This document shows, in pieces, positions 17,338 to 26,729 of a stretch of 57,985 nucleotides of DNA. Within the stretch, counting starts at the first letter, position 1. Every line of letters starts with the position of its first letter. The notes below the pieces were generated by a model. It saw nothing but the letters and a program-made list of their open reading frames with translations. It was not told the DNA's origin and did no database searches. The position numbers and the translations under genes are program-made. The DNA is taken from positions 1 through 57,985 of the forward strand of contig JBBSZC010000006.1 of assembly GCA_038044925.1 (NCBI GenBank), read 5' to 3'. The stretch is from Nanobdellota archaeon (GTDB lineage: Archaea > Nanobdellota > Nanobdellia > Pacearchaeales > GW2011-AR1).

Positions 17338-17682
17338 ATGGCAAACCCAAGACTTGTAAAATTTATTAAAGAAGCGAGAGGAAGAGGATTTGATGATTTT
17401 CAAATTAGAGAACCTTTACTTAGGTATGGATGGTCAGAAGAAGAAGTTGATTCTGCTTTTGAATCCTTGAAACCAAGGTTTAAATCTAAAAATGAGGTAA
17501 AGATATTTTTAAGTGATGAATTGATGGCTAAGATTCAGAAAAGAGCTGATAAAAACATGCTCACACTTCACGAGCAGGTTGAAGATATCTTGAGGAGAAG
17601 TTCTCTTAACATGAGAAAAAGGACTCCTGCTGAAGAAAAAGTTGATGATAAATTTATAACCCTTTTTTCTAGGAAGAAGTAA
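17338..17682 (+). CDS. Hypothetical protein
   Basis: The N-terminal KFIKEARGRGFDDFQIREPLLRYGWSEEEVDSAF motif recurs in small archaeal and CPR proteins; function unknown. Confidence 0.45.
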   Translation: MANPRLVKFIKEARGRGFDDFQIREPLLRYGWSEEEVDSAFESLKPRFKSKNEVKIFLSDELMAKIQKRADKNMLTLHEQVEDILRRSSLNMRKRTPAEEKVDDKFITLFSRKK

Positions 17683-17712
17683 TTTAATCTTCCATTTCAT
17701 TTTTTAATACAT

Positions 17713-17880
17713 CAAGATTTGCGTTTTATGTAAACTCCTTACTTTAGTTTGTGAGAAAGGAAAAGCAAATCTTGAGTGTGCTCAAGAACTATAAGAACAC
17801 ACTATACATCTCAAAAATCAAAGATTTTTGATGACTGTCAGGAATTTACATTCCTGAAGCTTTAGGGTATAGTTCTTGAC
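17713..17880 (-). repeat. Structured intergenic repeat, type B, expanded copy
   Basis: The reverse complement reads gtcaagaact-[~80-nt insert with two hairpins]-agttcttgagcac-act-caagatttgc..gcaaatcttg. Confidence 0.75.
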
Positions 17881-17986
17881 ATATGGGAAGACTAGGGGGT
17901 TAAAAAAACTTGATTATTCATGGGCCAAAAAAGCTGAAAAATCCAAATATAATAATATTTATAAAGAGAAGTGATTTAGACAAATT

Positions 17987-18145
17987 ATGGTAAAAATTTT
18001 AGAAGGTTCAATTGCTGAAATTCCATACATTGCGAAACAAAGAATTTCTGATGAAGAATTAAAATATGAACAAAGTTCAGCGGGATATTCTTGTGATTGC
18101 GATGGATTTGGGGGAGGAGATCCTCCTTGCGATTGCAATAAATAA
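17987..18145 (+). CDS. Candidate precursor peptide (52 aa) with C-terminal CDCDGFGGGDPPCDC core
   Basis: ATG ORF below the track cutoff: MVKILEGSIAEIPYIAKQRISDEELKYEQSSAGYSCDCDGFGGGDPPCDCNK. Lies directly upstream of the HExxH and radical-SAM-like genes. Confidence 0.45.
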   Translation: MVKILEGSIAEIPYIAKQRISDEELKYEQSSAGYSCDCDGFGGGDPPCDCNK

Positions 18146-18179
18146 AATATAATTCTAAGAGTTTTAACGATTTATTAAA

Positions 18180-18860
18180 ATGGAATTTCCAAAAGTAAAT
18201 TTTAAATTTAATAAAGAAGAAGATTTAAGAAATATCTGGGAAACTTGTAACAACACTTCTTCTTGGTATGATTATAAAAAAACAATTCATTCTTCATTCC
18301 TAGAAATTTGTCAAGGAAAAAATTTTGAAGAATGTAGAGATTTACTAGAAAAGCGTAGAATCAAAATGTATGATTCTGGAATAATAGAAATTTTCACAGA
18401 ATCTATTCAAAAAGCCTGGAATATCATAAATAACGAATTTTTTGCGAGATTAGAAAAACTTATGAAAAATAAAATTTATACAAAAGAATTTACTGCTTAT
18501 ATAACAACAGTTCTTAGATGCCCATATAATCTTGAAGAGTCCTGGTTTATGGTTTCTTTTTTTAGAGATATTTCTAATGCATTAAAAACAGCAGGGCATG
18601 AATTAATGCATTTGCAATTTCATAACACTTATTGGCCAAAAATAGAAATGAAAATAGGAGAAGAAAAAACAGCTGATTTAAAAGAAGCTCTCACAATATT
18701 ACTAAATTTGGAATTTAAGGATTTGTGGTTTGTAGAAGATCAAGGATATGAAAAACACACAGAATTAAGAAATTTTATAAAAGAACAATGGGAAAAAGAA
18801 AAAGATTTTGATATTTTAATGGAGAGGTGTGTTGAATTTCTCCAAAAAAATGATAATTAA
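18180..18860 (+). CDS. HExxH-motif protein (putative metallopeptidase or modifying enzyme)
   Basis: TAGHELMHLQFH is the only recognisable motif; no family assigned. Confidence 0.55.
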   Translation: MEFPKVNFKFNKEEDLRNIWETCNNTSSWYDYKKTIHSSFLEICQGKNFEECRDLLEKRRIKMYDSGIIEIFTESIQKAWNIINNEFFARLEKLMKNKIYTKEFTAYITTVLRCPYNLEESWFMVSFFRDISNALKTAGHELMHLQFHNTYWPKIEMKIGEEKTADLKEALTILLNLEFKDLWFVEDQGYEKHTELRNFIKEQWEKEKDFDILMERCVEFLQKNDN

Positions 18861-19461
18861 ACCATATTTTGTACAATTAGAATTAACTGAAGATTGCCCT
18901 GGAAGGTGCATACATTGTTATAATTCTTATTCGCAAAACAGAGGTTCTTCTTCTGCAGGAATAGAAGTTGTTAATGCAATTGCTGAATGTGATTTTTTTA
19001 ATATTACTATAACTGGAGGAGAACCATTAACTAAAAAACAAGAATTATTTTCTGCAATAAAAAGATTTAAACAAGAACAAATGGATGTGTCTATTAATAC
19101 TAACCTTTATTTGCTTGAAAAAGACGATGCACAAAGAATTAAAGGATTAGAAACAGATTATATTTTAACATCTGTTCTTGGACCTAATGAAAAAATTATT
19201 CAAGAAGATTTTAATCCTAGGGATTGTAAGATTGCTGAAGGAAAAATAAAATATAGAGAAGAAAGAAATTTTAAAACAGTTTATATAAATCCTGATAAAA
19301 ATGCTACTTTAACAAAGCTGGAATTTGTAATCTTACAAAGAATTTTAGCAGGACAAAATTATAATCAAATCTCAGATGAACTAAAAAATATAGAACTTGT
19401 CAAGAAAACCTTCAAAAAACTATTTCAGAGAAAAATTTTAATAAAAAATAATAAAAAATAA
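18850..19461 (+). CDS. Chimeric protein: radical-SAM N-terminal segment plus LuxR/GerE-type HTH
   Basis: LELTEDCPGRCIHCYN (Cx3Cx2C) and ITITGGEPL, then LTKLEFVILQRILAGQNYNQISDELKNIELVKKTFKKLFQRKIL (GerE-like). Too short for a full radical SAM barrel, and no SPASM cysteines. ATG 18850 is preferred over GTG 18829. Confidence 0.55.
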   Translation: MIIKPYFVQLELTEDCPGRCIHCYNSYSQNRGSSSAGIEVVNAIAECDFFNITITGGEPLTKKQELFSAIKRFKQEQMDVSINTNLYLLEKDDAQRIKGLETDYILTSVLGPNEKIIQEDFNPRDCKIAEGKIKYREERNFKTVYINPDKNATLTKLEFVILQRILAGQNYNQISDELKNIELVKKTFKKLFQRKILIKNNKK

Positions 19462-19483
19462 ACAAAAAAATTAAGAAGAAAAT

Positions 19484-19792
19484 TTAAAACCTTCTTCTAT
19501 TATCATCTCTGTCGCCAAAACTTCTTCTATGGAAGTCTCTTTTCGGTCTTTCTTCCATTGGTCTGGCTTCAGAAACTTTAAGTTCTCTTCCTGCAACGTC
19601 TTTTCCATTAAGCTCTGAAATTACTTTTTTAGCAATTTCTTCGTCTTCAATGGTTACAAATCCAAATCCCTTGGATCTTCCTGAAAACTTGTCTTTGATA
19701 AGAGTAATATCCTGTGCATTGAATCCTGAAAAAAGCTCTTTGAAAGCTTCTTCATCAATACTAAAAGGCAAATTACCTATATGTAGCTTCAT
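19484..19792 (-). CDS. RRM-type RNA-binding protein (bacterial/eukaryal type) with RG-rich tail
   Basis: KLHIGNLPF (RNP2) and KGFGFVTI (RNP1). A ggagg lies upstream of ATG 19792. The track N-terminal extension is rejected. Confidence 0.85.
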   Translation of the reverse strand: MKLHIGNLPFSIDEEAFKELFSGFNAQDITLIKDKFSGRSKGFGFVTIEDEEIAKKVISELNGKDVAGRELKVSEARPMEERPKRDFHRRSFGDRDDNRRRF

Positions 19793-19895
19793 TTTATCCT
19801 CCTTACATTTACTTGAGCATAAAATTAGAATTGACTCTAACACTGCAATTATATTTAACTAACATATAATTTCTTAATTAATAGGGTATTTAAAT

Positions 19896-22499
19896 CTACC
19901 CCCCTTCAATCCTCTTTAATCCTTCAATATGCAGTTTATGCATTCTCTTCAAGAATGCTTGTTTATCCTCAATCCTTATTAAATCTGTATGGCCCTGGAT
20001 AATAAGATTCAATGCAAATGGCGATGGGATTGCTGTGTCAGTAATTTTTATCTTTACTGACTTGTTTTTTATCCAGCTTATTACTAATTTTGTAGATTCA
20101 ATATCCATTAAATCTTCCAAAACTTCTCTTCTGGCTTCTCTTAGAATTGGAAACTCAGAAGTTATTTTTTTTACTGCATTAATCAAGAAGTGGCTCTTTA
20201 ATTGTTGCTTGCCTACTGATTTCTGCTGTCCCTTGTAATTTCTCAAAATCATCAGAGAACGTGTAGCACAATGCCTAAATCTTCTAGCGAGAACATCGCT
20301 TTTATTTATAGCTTCTTTTAAAATTTCTGTGATATTTTTTTCTGTTACAAAATTAAGAACTTTTTCTATTTTCATGTTTTCTCCTGCGAGATAAAAGCCA
20401 TTGTCATTTATTCCTATCTCTACATCTCTGCCTCCTGCTCTTCCTATCATAAATCCTATTGCTCTTGACAAAGCATCATTGACTCTTCTTCCATACATGC
20501 TATGAAATAACAAATAATTTTTTTCTGATTTGTATCTTTCAATGAGAAGTGTTGAAGAATCTGGAATTTCAAGAAATTTGTGCTGTTCTAAAAAATAAGT
20601 ATAAATTGCATTTGCTGTATTTTCGTGAATATAGAGATAATCTTGCAGGAATTTTATTATTTCTTGATTTGTTGTTTTTTTCTTTTCCAACTGCTCTATT
20701 TTTTCTTTTAATAATTTTCTGAATTTGTTTATTTCCAAGGCAGAGTCAAAACTTAAAGGAAGCATTTCTGAAAACCAGGATGGAATTGTAGGGGGCCTGT
20801 CTATTGCTCCTTTAACATAAAGATTCATCCCCCTTGTATAGAGATATAGGTATTTTTTTCCCCCTAAAACAAAGACGTCTCCTTTTTTCATTCTTTCCAT
20901 AAATCCCTCATCTATAAACCCAATTTGTTCTCCTGCAGGAGCTAGTTTAACCCTTATAAAAGATTCTTCTGGGATTGTCCCTATATTAGTAAGATATAGC
21001 ATTCTAGCGAGTTTTCCTTTTTTTCCTATTTCTTTTGTTATTGGATCATACCAGATTTTTCCATAAACATAATTTTTCTCTAAGTCATACTCTCCTGATA
21101 AATAGCTGATTACATCAAGAAAATCTGATCTTGAAAGTTCATGATAACAATAGCTTTTCTTGATTAAACCAAAGAGTTCATCGAATTTCCAGATTTTGTA
21201 AATTGCCATTCCGTATATTTGCTGGCTTAAGACATCTAAGCAGTTTTTTGGAAAATATATTCTGTTTATTTTTCCTTCTAGCATTTCTTTTTGTATTACA
21301 CAGCATTCTACTAAATCGTCTCTGTCCATAACAATGAATCTTCCTTTTGCAGTATCATGGAGTTTATGGCCTGCTCTTCCAAGTCTTTGTAGAGCTTTAG
21401 CAGAAGATTTTGGACTTCCCAACATTAAAACCAAATCAATAAAACCTATATCAATTCCTAATTCCAAAGATGTAGAGCAAACAACAACTTTTAATTTTCC
21501 TTCTCTTAATCTTTTTTCTATATCAAATCTGTGTTCTTTGCTTAAAGAGGAATGGTGGGCCGCAATTGTATCATCTCCGTAAATTGTTGGGAATTTTTCT
21601 TTAAGATAACTGACCATTCTTTCTGTTGCTGAACGAGTGTTTGTAAAGATTAGAGTTGTCTTATGCTCCTGGATTAATTTAGATATTAAATTGTACATTT
21701 CTGGCCTTAAATTCTCGTCCTCTACTAAATCTTCAACAGGAGTTAAAACGTCTATGTCTAATTTCTTTATTAAAGGAACTTTTGCTATATGAACGCTCCT
21801 TTCTTTATCCATGCCTATTAAAAATTTAGCAACTTCTTCTAATGGCTCTATTGTTGCTGACAAGCCAATTTTTACAGGATAAATATTGCTCAATTCATTT
21901 AATCTTTCTAATGTAATGCTCAGATAAGTTCCTCTTTTATTATCTAATGCATGTATTTCATCAACAATGCAGAATTCTGTAAATTTTAAATTTTCTACGA
22001 ACTTTTTTGTTGTTAAAACTATTGCTAAAGATTCAGGAGTTGTTATTAATATATGCGGAGATTTTTTAGACATTTTTGCTCTTTCTGAAGCACTAGTGTC
22101 TCCTGTTCTCAGACCCACACGGATTTTTTGGAGTTTGATGTTCTTTTTTTCTGCAAGGATTTGTATTTCTTCTAATGGCTCTATGAGATTTTTGTGAATA
22201 TCATTTGTTAAAGCCTTAAGCGGAGAAGAATAAACTGCATAAATCCTGTCTTCTAATTCGTTTTTTTCTGCAAGAAATACTAAATAATTTAATATTGAGA
22301 GAAAAGCTGTGAGGGTTTTTGTTCCTCCTGTTGGTGCTGAAATAAGAATATCTTTTCTTTCCCAGATATTCATAACTCCGTATTTTTGTGTTAAAGAGAA
22401 ATCTTTGAATTTTGAGAAAAACCATTCTTTAATAAGAGAGTGCATAATTTCAATTATCTCTTCTGATTTTCTCTCTTTGGCTTGATTTATTTGGATCAT
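19896..22499 (-). CDS. lhr: Lhr-family ATP-dependent DEAD/DEAH helicase
   Basis: APTGGTKT (motif I), VDEIH (motif II), SATI, and a C-terminal DEAD-associated region; 867 aa. Confidence 0.85.
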   Translation of the reverse strand: MIQINQAKERKSEEIIEIMHSLIKEWFFSKFKDFSLTQKYGVMNIWERKDILISAPTGGTKTLTAFLSILNYLVFLAEKNELEDRIYAVYSSPLKALTNDIHKNLIEPLEEIQILAEKKNIKLQKIRVGLRTGDTSASERAKMSKKSPHILITTPESLAIVLTTKKFVENLKFTEFCIVDEIHALDNKRGTYLSITLERLNELSNIYPVKIGLSATIEPLEEVAKFLIGMDKERSVHIAKVPLIKKLDIDVLTPVEDLVEDENLRPEMYNLISKLIQEHKTTLIFTNTRSATERMVSYLKEKFPTIYGDDTIAAHHSSLSKEHRFDIEKRLREGKLKVVVCSTSLELGIDIGFIDLVLMLGSPKSSAKALQRLGRAGHKLHDTAKGRFIVMDRDDLVECCVIQKEMLEGKINRIYFPKNCLDVLSQQIYGMAIYKIWKFDELFGLIKKSYCYHELSRSDFLDVISYLSGEYDLEKNYVYGKIWYDPITKEIGKKGKLARMLYLTNIGTIPEESFIRVKLAPAGEQIGFIDEGFMERMKKGDVFVLGGKKYLYLYTRGMNLYVKGAIDRPPTIPSWFSEMLPLSFDSALEINKFRKLLKEKIEQLEKKKTTNQEIIKFLQDYLYIHENTANAIYTYFLEQHKFLEIPDSSTLLIERYKSEKNYLLFHSMYGRRVNDALSRAIGFMIGRAGGRDVEIGINDNGFYLAGENMKIEKVLNFVTEKNITEILKEAINKSDVLARRFRHCATRSLMILRNYKGQQKSVGKQQLKSHFLINAVKKITSEFPILREARREVLEDLMDIESTKLVISWIKNKSVKIKITDTAIPSPFALNLIIQGHTDLIRIEDKQAFLKRMHKLHIEGLKRIEGG

Positions 22500-22620
22500 T
22501 TTAAAGAAAAATTCATTACTTAGTCTAAGTGAAATTAGGATTTATTAAGTTATCGGAAGAAAGATAAACTAGGAAAAAATTGAGATTAGATAAGTTTATA
22601 TATATATTCTTGATAATCTT

Positions 22621-23301
22621 ATGAAGAAAGGAATAATTATAATAAGCTCTTTGTTAATACTTGTTAGTTTAGGATTTTTGGTTTCTGCGATGATTTATGA
22701 TATAACATCTTATAATGCAGAATTAGACGAAACAACAATTCAAATAGAAGAGGGTTGGAACCTTATCCCCCTAAGTGGATATAGGAGTGAAACAACTTGT
22801 GATATTAGTGATTCTACACTAAGGAAAAATGCATTTATTTACTCTCCAACAGAAAAAAGATATTTAAAATGGTTAAATCAAAATGATAATGATGTTGTAA
22901 AAAGAGATCAAAATTTAAAATATAGATATATTTCTAGCGATGGGGGTGCATTTTTATATTCAAAAACTAAATGTAAAATAATTACACATGTTTCTTTTTC
23001 AGAAAATCATAAAATTGCAGAAGGATGGAATTTTATTGTGTTAGAACCAAGAATGATTGGGGAAAAAGTTAAAAAAGCTTTGTCTACTGGAGATTGTAGT
23101 CTTGTGACAAAGGTAGCTGCATGGGATTCAACAAATCAAAAATGGATATTTGAAGAAGGAGAAAATAGAGAAAAACTTGGAGAAGCAATTATAAGTAAAG
23201 ATCAGGTAGGATTAGTCTTTGCTGTAAAATATGGTGAAGAGTGTAGTTTATTTTTACCATCTGATTCAGATAATGAAATTGAACCCCCACAATTAGAATA
23301 A
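22621..23301 (+). CDS. Hypothetical secreted or anchored protein with duplicated EGWN(L/F)I motif
   Basis: N-terminal signal/anchor IIISSLLILVSLGFLVSA. Two copies of the EGWNxI(P/V)L motif. Confidence 0.45.
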   Translation: MKKGIIIISSLLILVSLGFLVSAMIYDITSYNAELDETTIQIEEGWNLIPLSGYRSETTCDISDSTLRKNAFIYSPTEKRYLKWLNQNDNDVVKRDQNLKYRYISSDGGAFLYSKTKCKIITHVSFSENHKIAEGWNFIVLEPRMIGEKVKKALSTGDCSLVTKVAAWDSTNQKWIFEEGENREKLGEAIISKDQVGLVFAVKYGEECSLFLPSDSDNEIEPPQLE

Positions 23302-23320
23302 ATTTAAAAATAAACTAAAA

Positions 23321-23491
23321 ATGATAAAACAAAAAAGAGGTTTAAGCACACTTGGTTGGATTTTGATAATTGCTGCTATTGTTGTAGTTGGTGTTGGACT
23401 TTACTTTTTATTAATGGGTGGTAGCGATGGAGTAACTTCAATTTTTGGTGGTGGAAACTTAATACCTTCTCCTCCTGCATTGCCAGATTAA
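23321..23491 (+). CDS. Possible archaeal type IV pilin-like protein (56 aa)
   Basis: MIKQKRGLSTLGWILIIAAIVVVGVGLY resembles a class III signal peptide: basic residues, Gly, then a hydrophobic helix. Below the track cutoff. Confidence 0.4.
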   Translation: MIKQKRGLSTLGWILIIAAIVVVGVGLYFLLMGGSDGVTSIFGGGNLIPSPPALPD

Positions 23492-23597
23492 ATTGAAATT
23501 TTACTTTATTTATAGAAACTTCCTTATTTCTTTTCTCAAAAGATATTTAAATTAAAATTACAATAGATTCTTTGAGTAAATATCTTTAACTATAATT

Positions 23598-25001
23598 ATG
23601 AAAAATACAAAAGAGGAGGGAAAAATTGAATTAGCTAAAGAGAGGACAAAAAAAATATCCATACAAGAAGGCTCTGCGACATCAATCATGTCAGGAGCAG
23701 GAGACTCGTACATTGTCCCCTTTGCTTTGGCTTTGAATGCAAACAATGCACAAATAGGTTTTTTGACGAGTTTTGTAAGTTTATTTGGAGCAGCTTCGCA
23801 GATTTTTGGCGGAAAATTACTTTATAAATATACTACAAGAAGAATAATTTTAGCCACTGTTTTTTTGCAGGCTACAATGTGGGTTGCTATACTTGGATTA
23901 GGTATTTTAGTGTTAAAAGGAGTTATAAATGGATATGCTGCTGGAATTTTAATTGTTTTTTATATTATATATGCTATATTTAGTGGATTAGGGAATCCTC
24001 CTTGGTTCAATTTAATGGGAGATATAGTTAAAGAAGGAGAAAGAGACAGATATTTTTCAAGAAGAAATAGAATAACCGCATTTATAGCCTTACTAACCAC
24101 ACTTTTAGCAGCTTTTATTCTTGATTATTTCAAAGACTTAGGGATTGTTTTATGGGGTTTTGTAATTATTTTTTCAGTTGCAGCTCTTGGGAGGTATTTT
24201 GCCACTTATCTTTTTACTAAACATTATTATCCAAAAAGAGAGTTTAAAAAAGAAAAATATTTTAGTTTTTTTCAGTTTGTAAAAAAAGCTCCTCAGACTA
24301 ATTTTGGAAGGTTTTCTATTTTTCTTGGATTGGTAAATCTTGCAACAAACTTTGCAGCTCCATTTTTTGCTGTATATATGCTTAAAGAATTAAATTTTAG
24401 CTATACTTTATTTATTATAGTCGCTTTTTCTTCAGTCGTATTTACAATTTTCAGTATGCCTGTATGGGGAAAAATTGGAGATAAATATGGAAATAGATAT
24501 TTAATGAAAATAGGGGGAATAATGATTCCTTTTGCGGCTTTATTCTGGCTTGTTTCTAAAAATCCATTAGTGTTAATATTTACTGCTCAATTAGCTGCTG
24601 GAATTGGATGGGCTGCTTTTAATCTTGGGGCTTCTAATTTTATCTATGATGCTGTCTCGCCTCAAAGAAGAGCTATATGCGTTGCTTATTACAGCACTAT
24701 ATCCGGCATTGGAGTTTTTATAGGGGCAATTGCAGGTGGTTTATTTGCACAGTATGTTCATGTAAACTTCATGAATACATTTTTGCTTATATTTTTAATC
24801 TCTGGATTTTTAAGGGCATTAGTTATTTTCTCATTTTTACCTGAAATTAAAGAAGTGAGAAAAGTACAAGACAGCAAGAATATAAATCTTATAAAATATT
24901 TTGCTCATGAGATGCCAAAGCCCCTTTATGGATTATTTAGAGGAGTTTTCTTTGTGGCAAATGATTTTATGAGTATTGGAAAAGGCGTTACTAAAAAGTA
25001 G
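23598..25001 (+). CDS. MFS-type transporter
   Basis: 467 aa with about 12 TM segments. Confidence 0.7.
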   Translation: MKNTKEEGKIELAKERTKKISIQEGSATSIMSGAGDSYIVPFALALNANNAQIGFLTSFVSLFGAASQIFGGKLLYKYTTRRIILATVFLQATMWVAILGLGILVLKGVINGYAAGILIVFYIIYAIFSGLGNPPWFNLMGDIVKEGERDRYFSRRNRITAFIALLTTLLAAFILDYFKDLGIVLWGFVIIFSVAALGRYFATYLFTKHYYPKREFKKEKYFSFFQFVKKAPQTNFGRFSIFLGLVNLATNFAAPFFAVYMLKELNFSYTLFIIVAFSSVVFTIFSMPVWGKIGDKYGNRYLMKIGGIMIPFAALFWLVSKNPLVLIFTAQLAAGIGWAAFNLGASNFIYDAVSPQRRAICVAYYSTISGIGVFIGAIAGGLFAQYVHVNFMNTFLLIFLISGFLRALVIFSFLPEIKEVRKVQDSKNINLIKYFAHEMPKPLYGLFRGVFFVANDFMSIGKGVTKK

Positions 25002-25040
25002 AAAGAAAGATTTATATAGTTTATATGAATTTAATTTCAT

Positions 25041-25472
25041 ATGAAAGACTTGACATATAAAGATATAAACCCTTTCATGGATCATCAGTCATATCATATT
25101 TTTTTTACAAATCTTGCGAATCCGTTAAAGATTGGAATAATGCTAAGTTTGATAAAAACAGAGAAAAATGTAACTAAAATATCAAAAGAGTTGAATGTGG
25201 AGCAGAGCAAGGTTTCACATGCTTTAACTTCTCTAAAAAAGTGTAATATTGTTGAAGCAAAACAAAAAGGCAAAGAGAGGATTTATTCCTTAAATAAAAA
25301 AACAATTGTCCCTATATTAAAAATCTTAAACAAACATTCAAACTTTTATTGCAACTACAAATGCTGTGCAAATGATTGCGAAAATAAAAAGGAAAAAAGT
25401 GGAGAAATAAAACAAGAAATTTTTAAAATCAAAATGGAGAGAAAAAAGAATGAAAGAAATATATCTGGATAA
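25041..25472 (+). CDS. ArsR-family wHTH regulator with Cys-rich C-terminus
   Basis: LANPLKIGIMLSLIKTEKNVTKISKELNVEQSKVSHALTSLKKCNIVE, followed by CNYKCCANDC. Confidence 0.7.
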   Translation: MKDLTYKDINPFMDHQSYHIFFTNLANPLKIGIMLSLIKTEKNVTKISKELNVEQSKVSHALTSLKKCNIVEAKQKGKERIYSLNKKTIVPILKILNKHSNFYCNYKCCANDCENKKEKSGEIKQEIFKIKMERKKNERNISG

Positions 25473-26610
25473 TGCCGCAACAACAAAAGTTGATGAGAAA
25501 GTCGTAAAAGATATGCTTCCTTATTTCACAGAATATTATGGAAATGCTTCTTCACAGCATTTGAAGGGAAACGTAGCGAGAAAAGCTTTAGAAGACAGCA
25601 GAAGAATAATTGCAAGCTCGATAAATGCAAGGCTAGATGAAATAATCTTTACATCAGGGGGAACAGAATCAAATAATCTTGCAATTAAAGGATTATTCTT
25701 TTACCATAAAGAAAATAAAACAGGAAAAAAACATATTATAACTACCAAAATAGAACATGATTGTGTGTTGAATACCTGCAAATGGCTGGAAAAACATGGA
25801 GCAGAAGTAACTTATCTTGATGTTAATTCAGATGGCTTTATTGATTTAAATAAACTGAAAAAATCAATTAAAGGAGATACTCTGATTGTTTCTATAATTC
25901 ATGGAAACAATGAAATAGGAACAATACAGGATTTAGAGGCAATAGGAAAGATATGCAAAGAAAAAGGAGTTTATTTTCATACAGATGCTTGTCAGAGCTA
26001 TACAAAAACTCTAATCAACGTCAAGAAACAGAATTTGGATTTTGTTACACTGAACTCTCATAAAATTCATGGGCCTAAAGGGGCTGGAGCTCTTTATATA
26101 AAAGAAGGCATAAAAATTATTCCAATGGCACATGGGGGAGGGCATGAAAGGAGTTTGAGAAGCGGGACAGAAAATATCCCTGGAATTGTTGGGTTTGCAA
26201 GTGCTGTGAAAAACTTTAATCCAGAGAATATTAAAAAAATGGAAAGGCTCCGAAATTATCTAATTAATGAGCTTTTGAAGATTCCAAATGTCAGTTTAAA
26301 TGGTTCAAGAGAAAATAGATTGTGTAATAATGTTAATGTATCTTTTAATGATATTGAAGGAGAATCAATTGGAGGATTATTGCAAGCTTATGGAATTTAT
26401 ACTTCTACCGGCTCTGCATGTATGTCTCATTCTTTAGAAACTAGCCATGTTTTGAAAGCTCTTGGATTAAGTGCATTACAGTCTAACAGCTCCTTAAGAA
26501 TAAGCATAAGCAAATACACAACAGAAGAAGAGATTAAATTTTTTTTAGAAATTATTCCAAAAGTAGTGGAAAGATTAAGAAAAATAAGTCCGCTCTCTAA
26601 AATTAATTAG
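25450..26610 (+). CDS. iscS: Cysteine desulfurase (NifS/IscS class)
   Basis: FTSGGTESNN, SHKIHGPKG (PLP Lys) and STGSAC (active-site Cys). Confidence 0.9.
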   Translation: MKEIYLDNAATTKVDEKVVKDMLPYFTEYYGNASSQHLKGNVARKALEDSRRIIASSINARLDEIIFTSGGTESNNLAIKGLFFYHKENKTGKKHIITTKIEHDCVLNTCKWLEKHGAEVTYLDVNSDGFIDLNKLKKSIKGDTLIVSIIHGNNEIGTIQDLEAIGKICKEKGVYFHTDACQSYTKTLINVKKQNLDFVTLNSHKIHGPKGAGALYIKEGIKIIPMAHGGGHERSLRSGTENIPGIVGFASAVKNFNPENIKKMERLRNYLINELLKIPNVSLNGSRENRLCNNVNVSFNDIEGESIGGLLQAYGIYTSTGSACMSHSLETSHVLKALGLSALQSNSSLRISISKYTTEEEIKFFLEIIPKVVERLRKISPLSKIN

Positions 26611-26624
26611 GAAAAAACAATAAA

Positions 26625-26729
26625 ATGAAAAATAAAAAAAAGTTTGATGATTGTGCATGTTGCGATGAAGAGAAAGGAATTTGCGAACCATGTGACTGTG
26701 AAGACTTAACAGATGTAGAAAATGAGTAG
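26625..26729 (+). CDS. Possible 34-aa acidic Cys-rich micro-protein
   Basis: MKNKKKFDDCACCDEEKGICEPCDCEDLTDVENE. ATG ORF not in the track. Confidence 0.3.
   Translation: MKNKKKFDDCACCDEEKGICEPCDCEDLTDVENE

Noticed and set aside
19896-22499. Internal ORFs of the Lhr region (20035-20238, 21334-21582, 21967-22197, 22216-22425)
   Set aside because: They are shadow or alternative-frame ORFs within the Lhr helicase gene.
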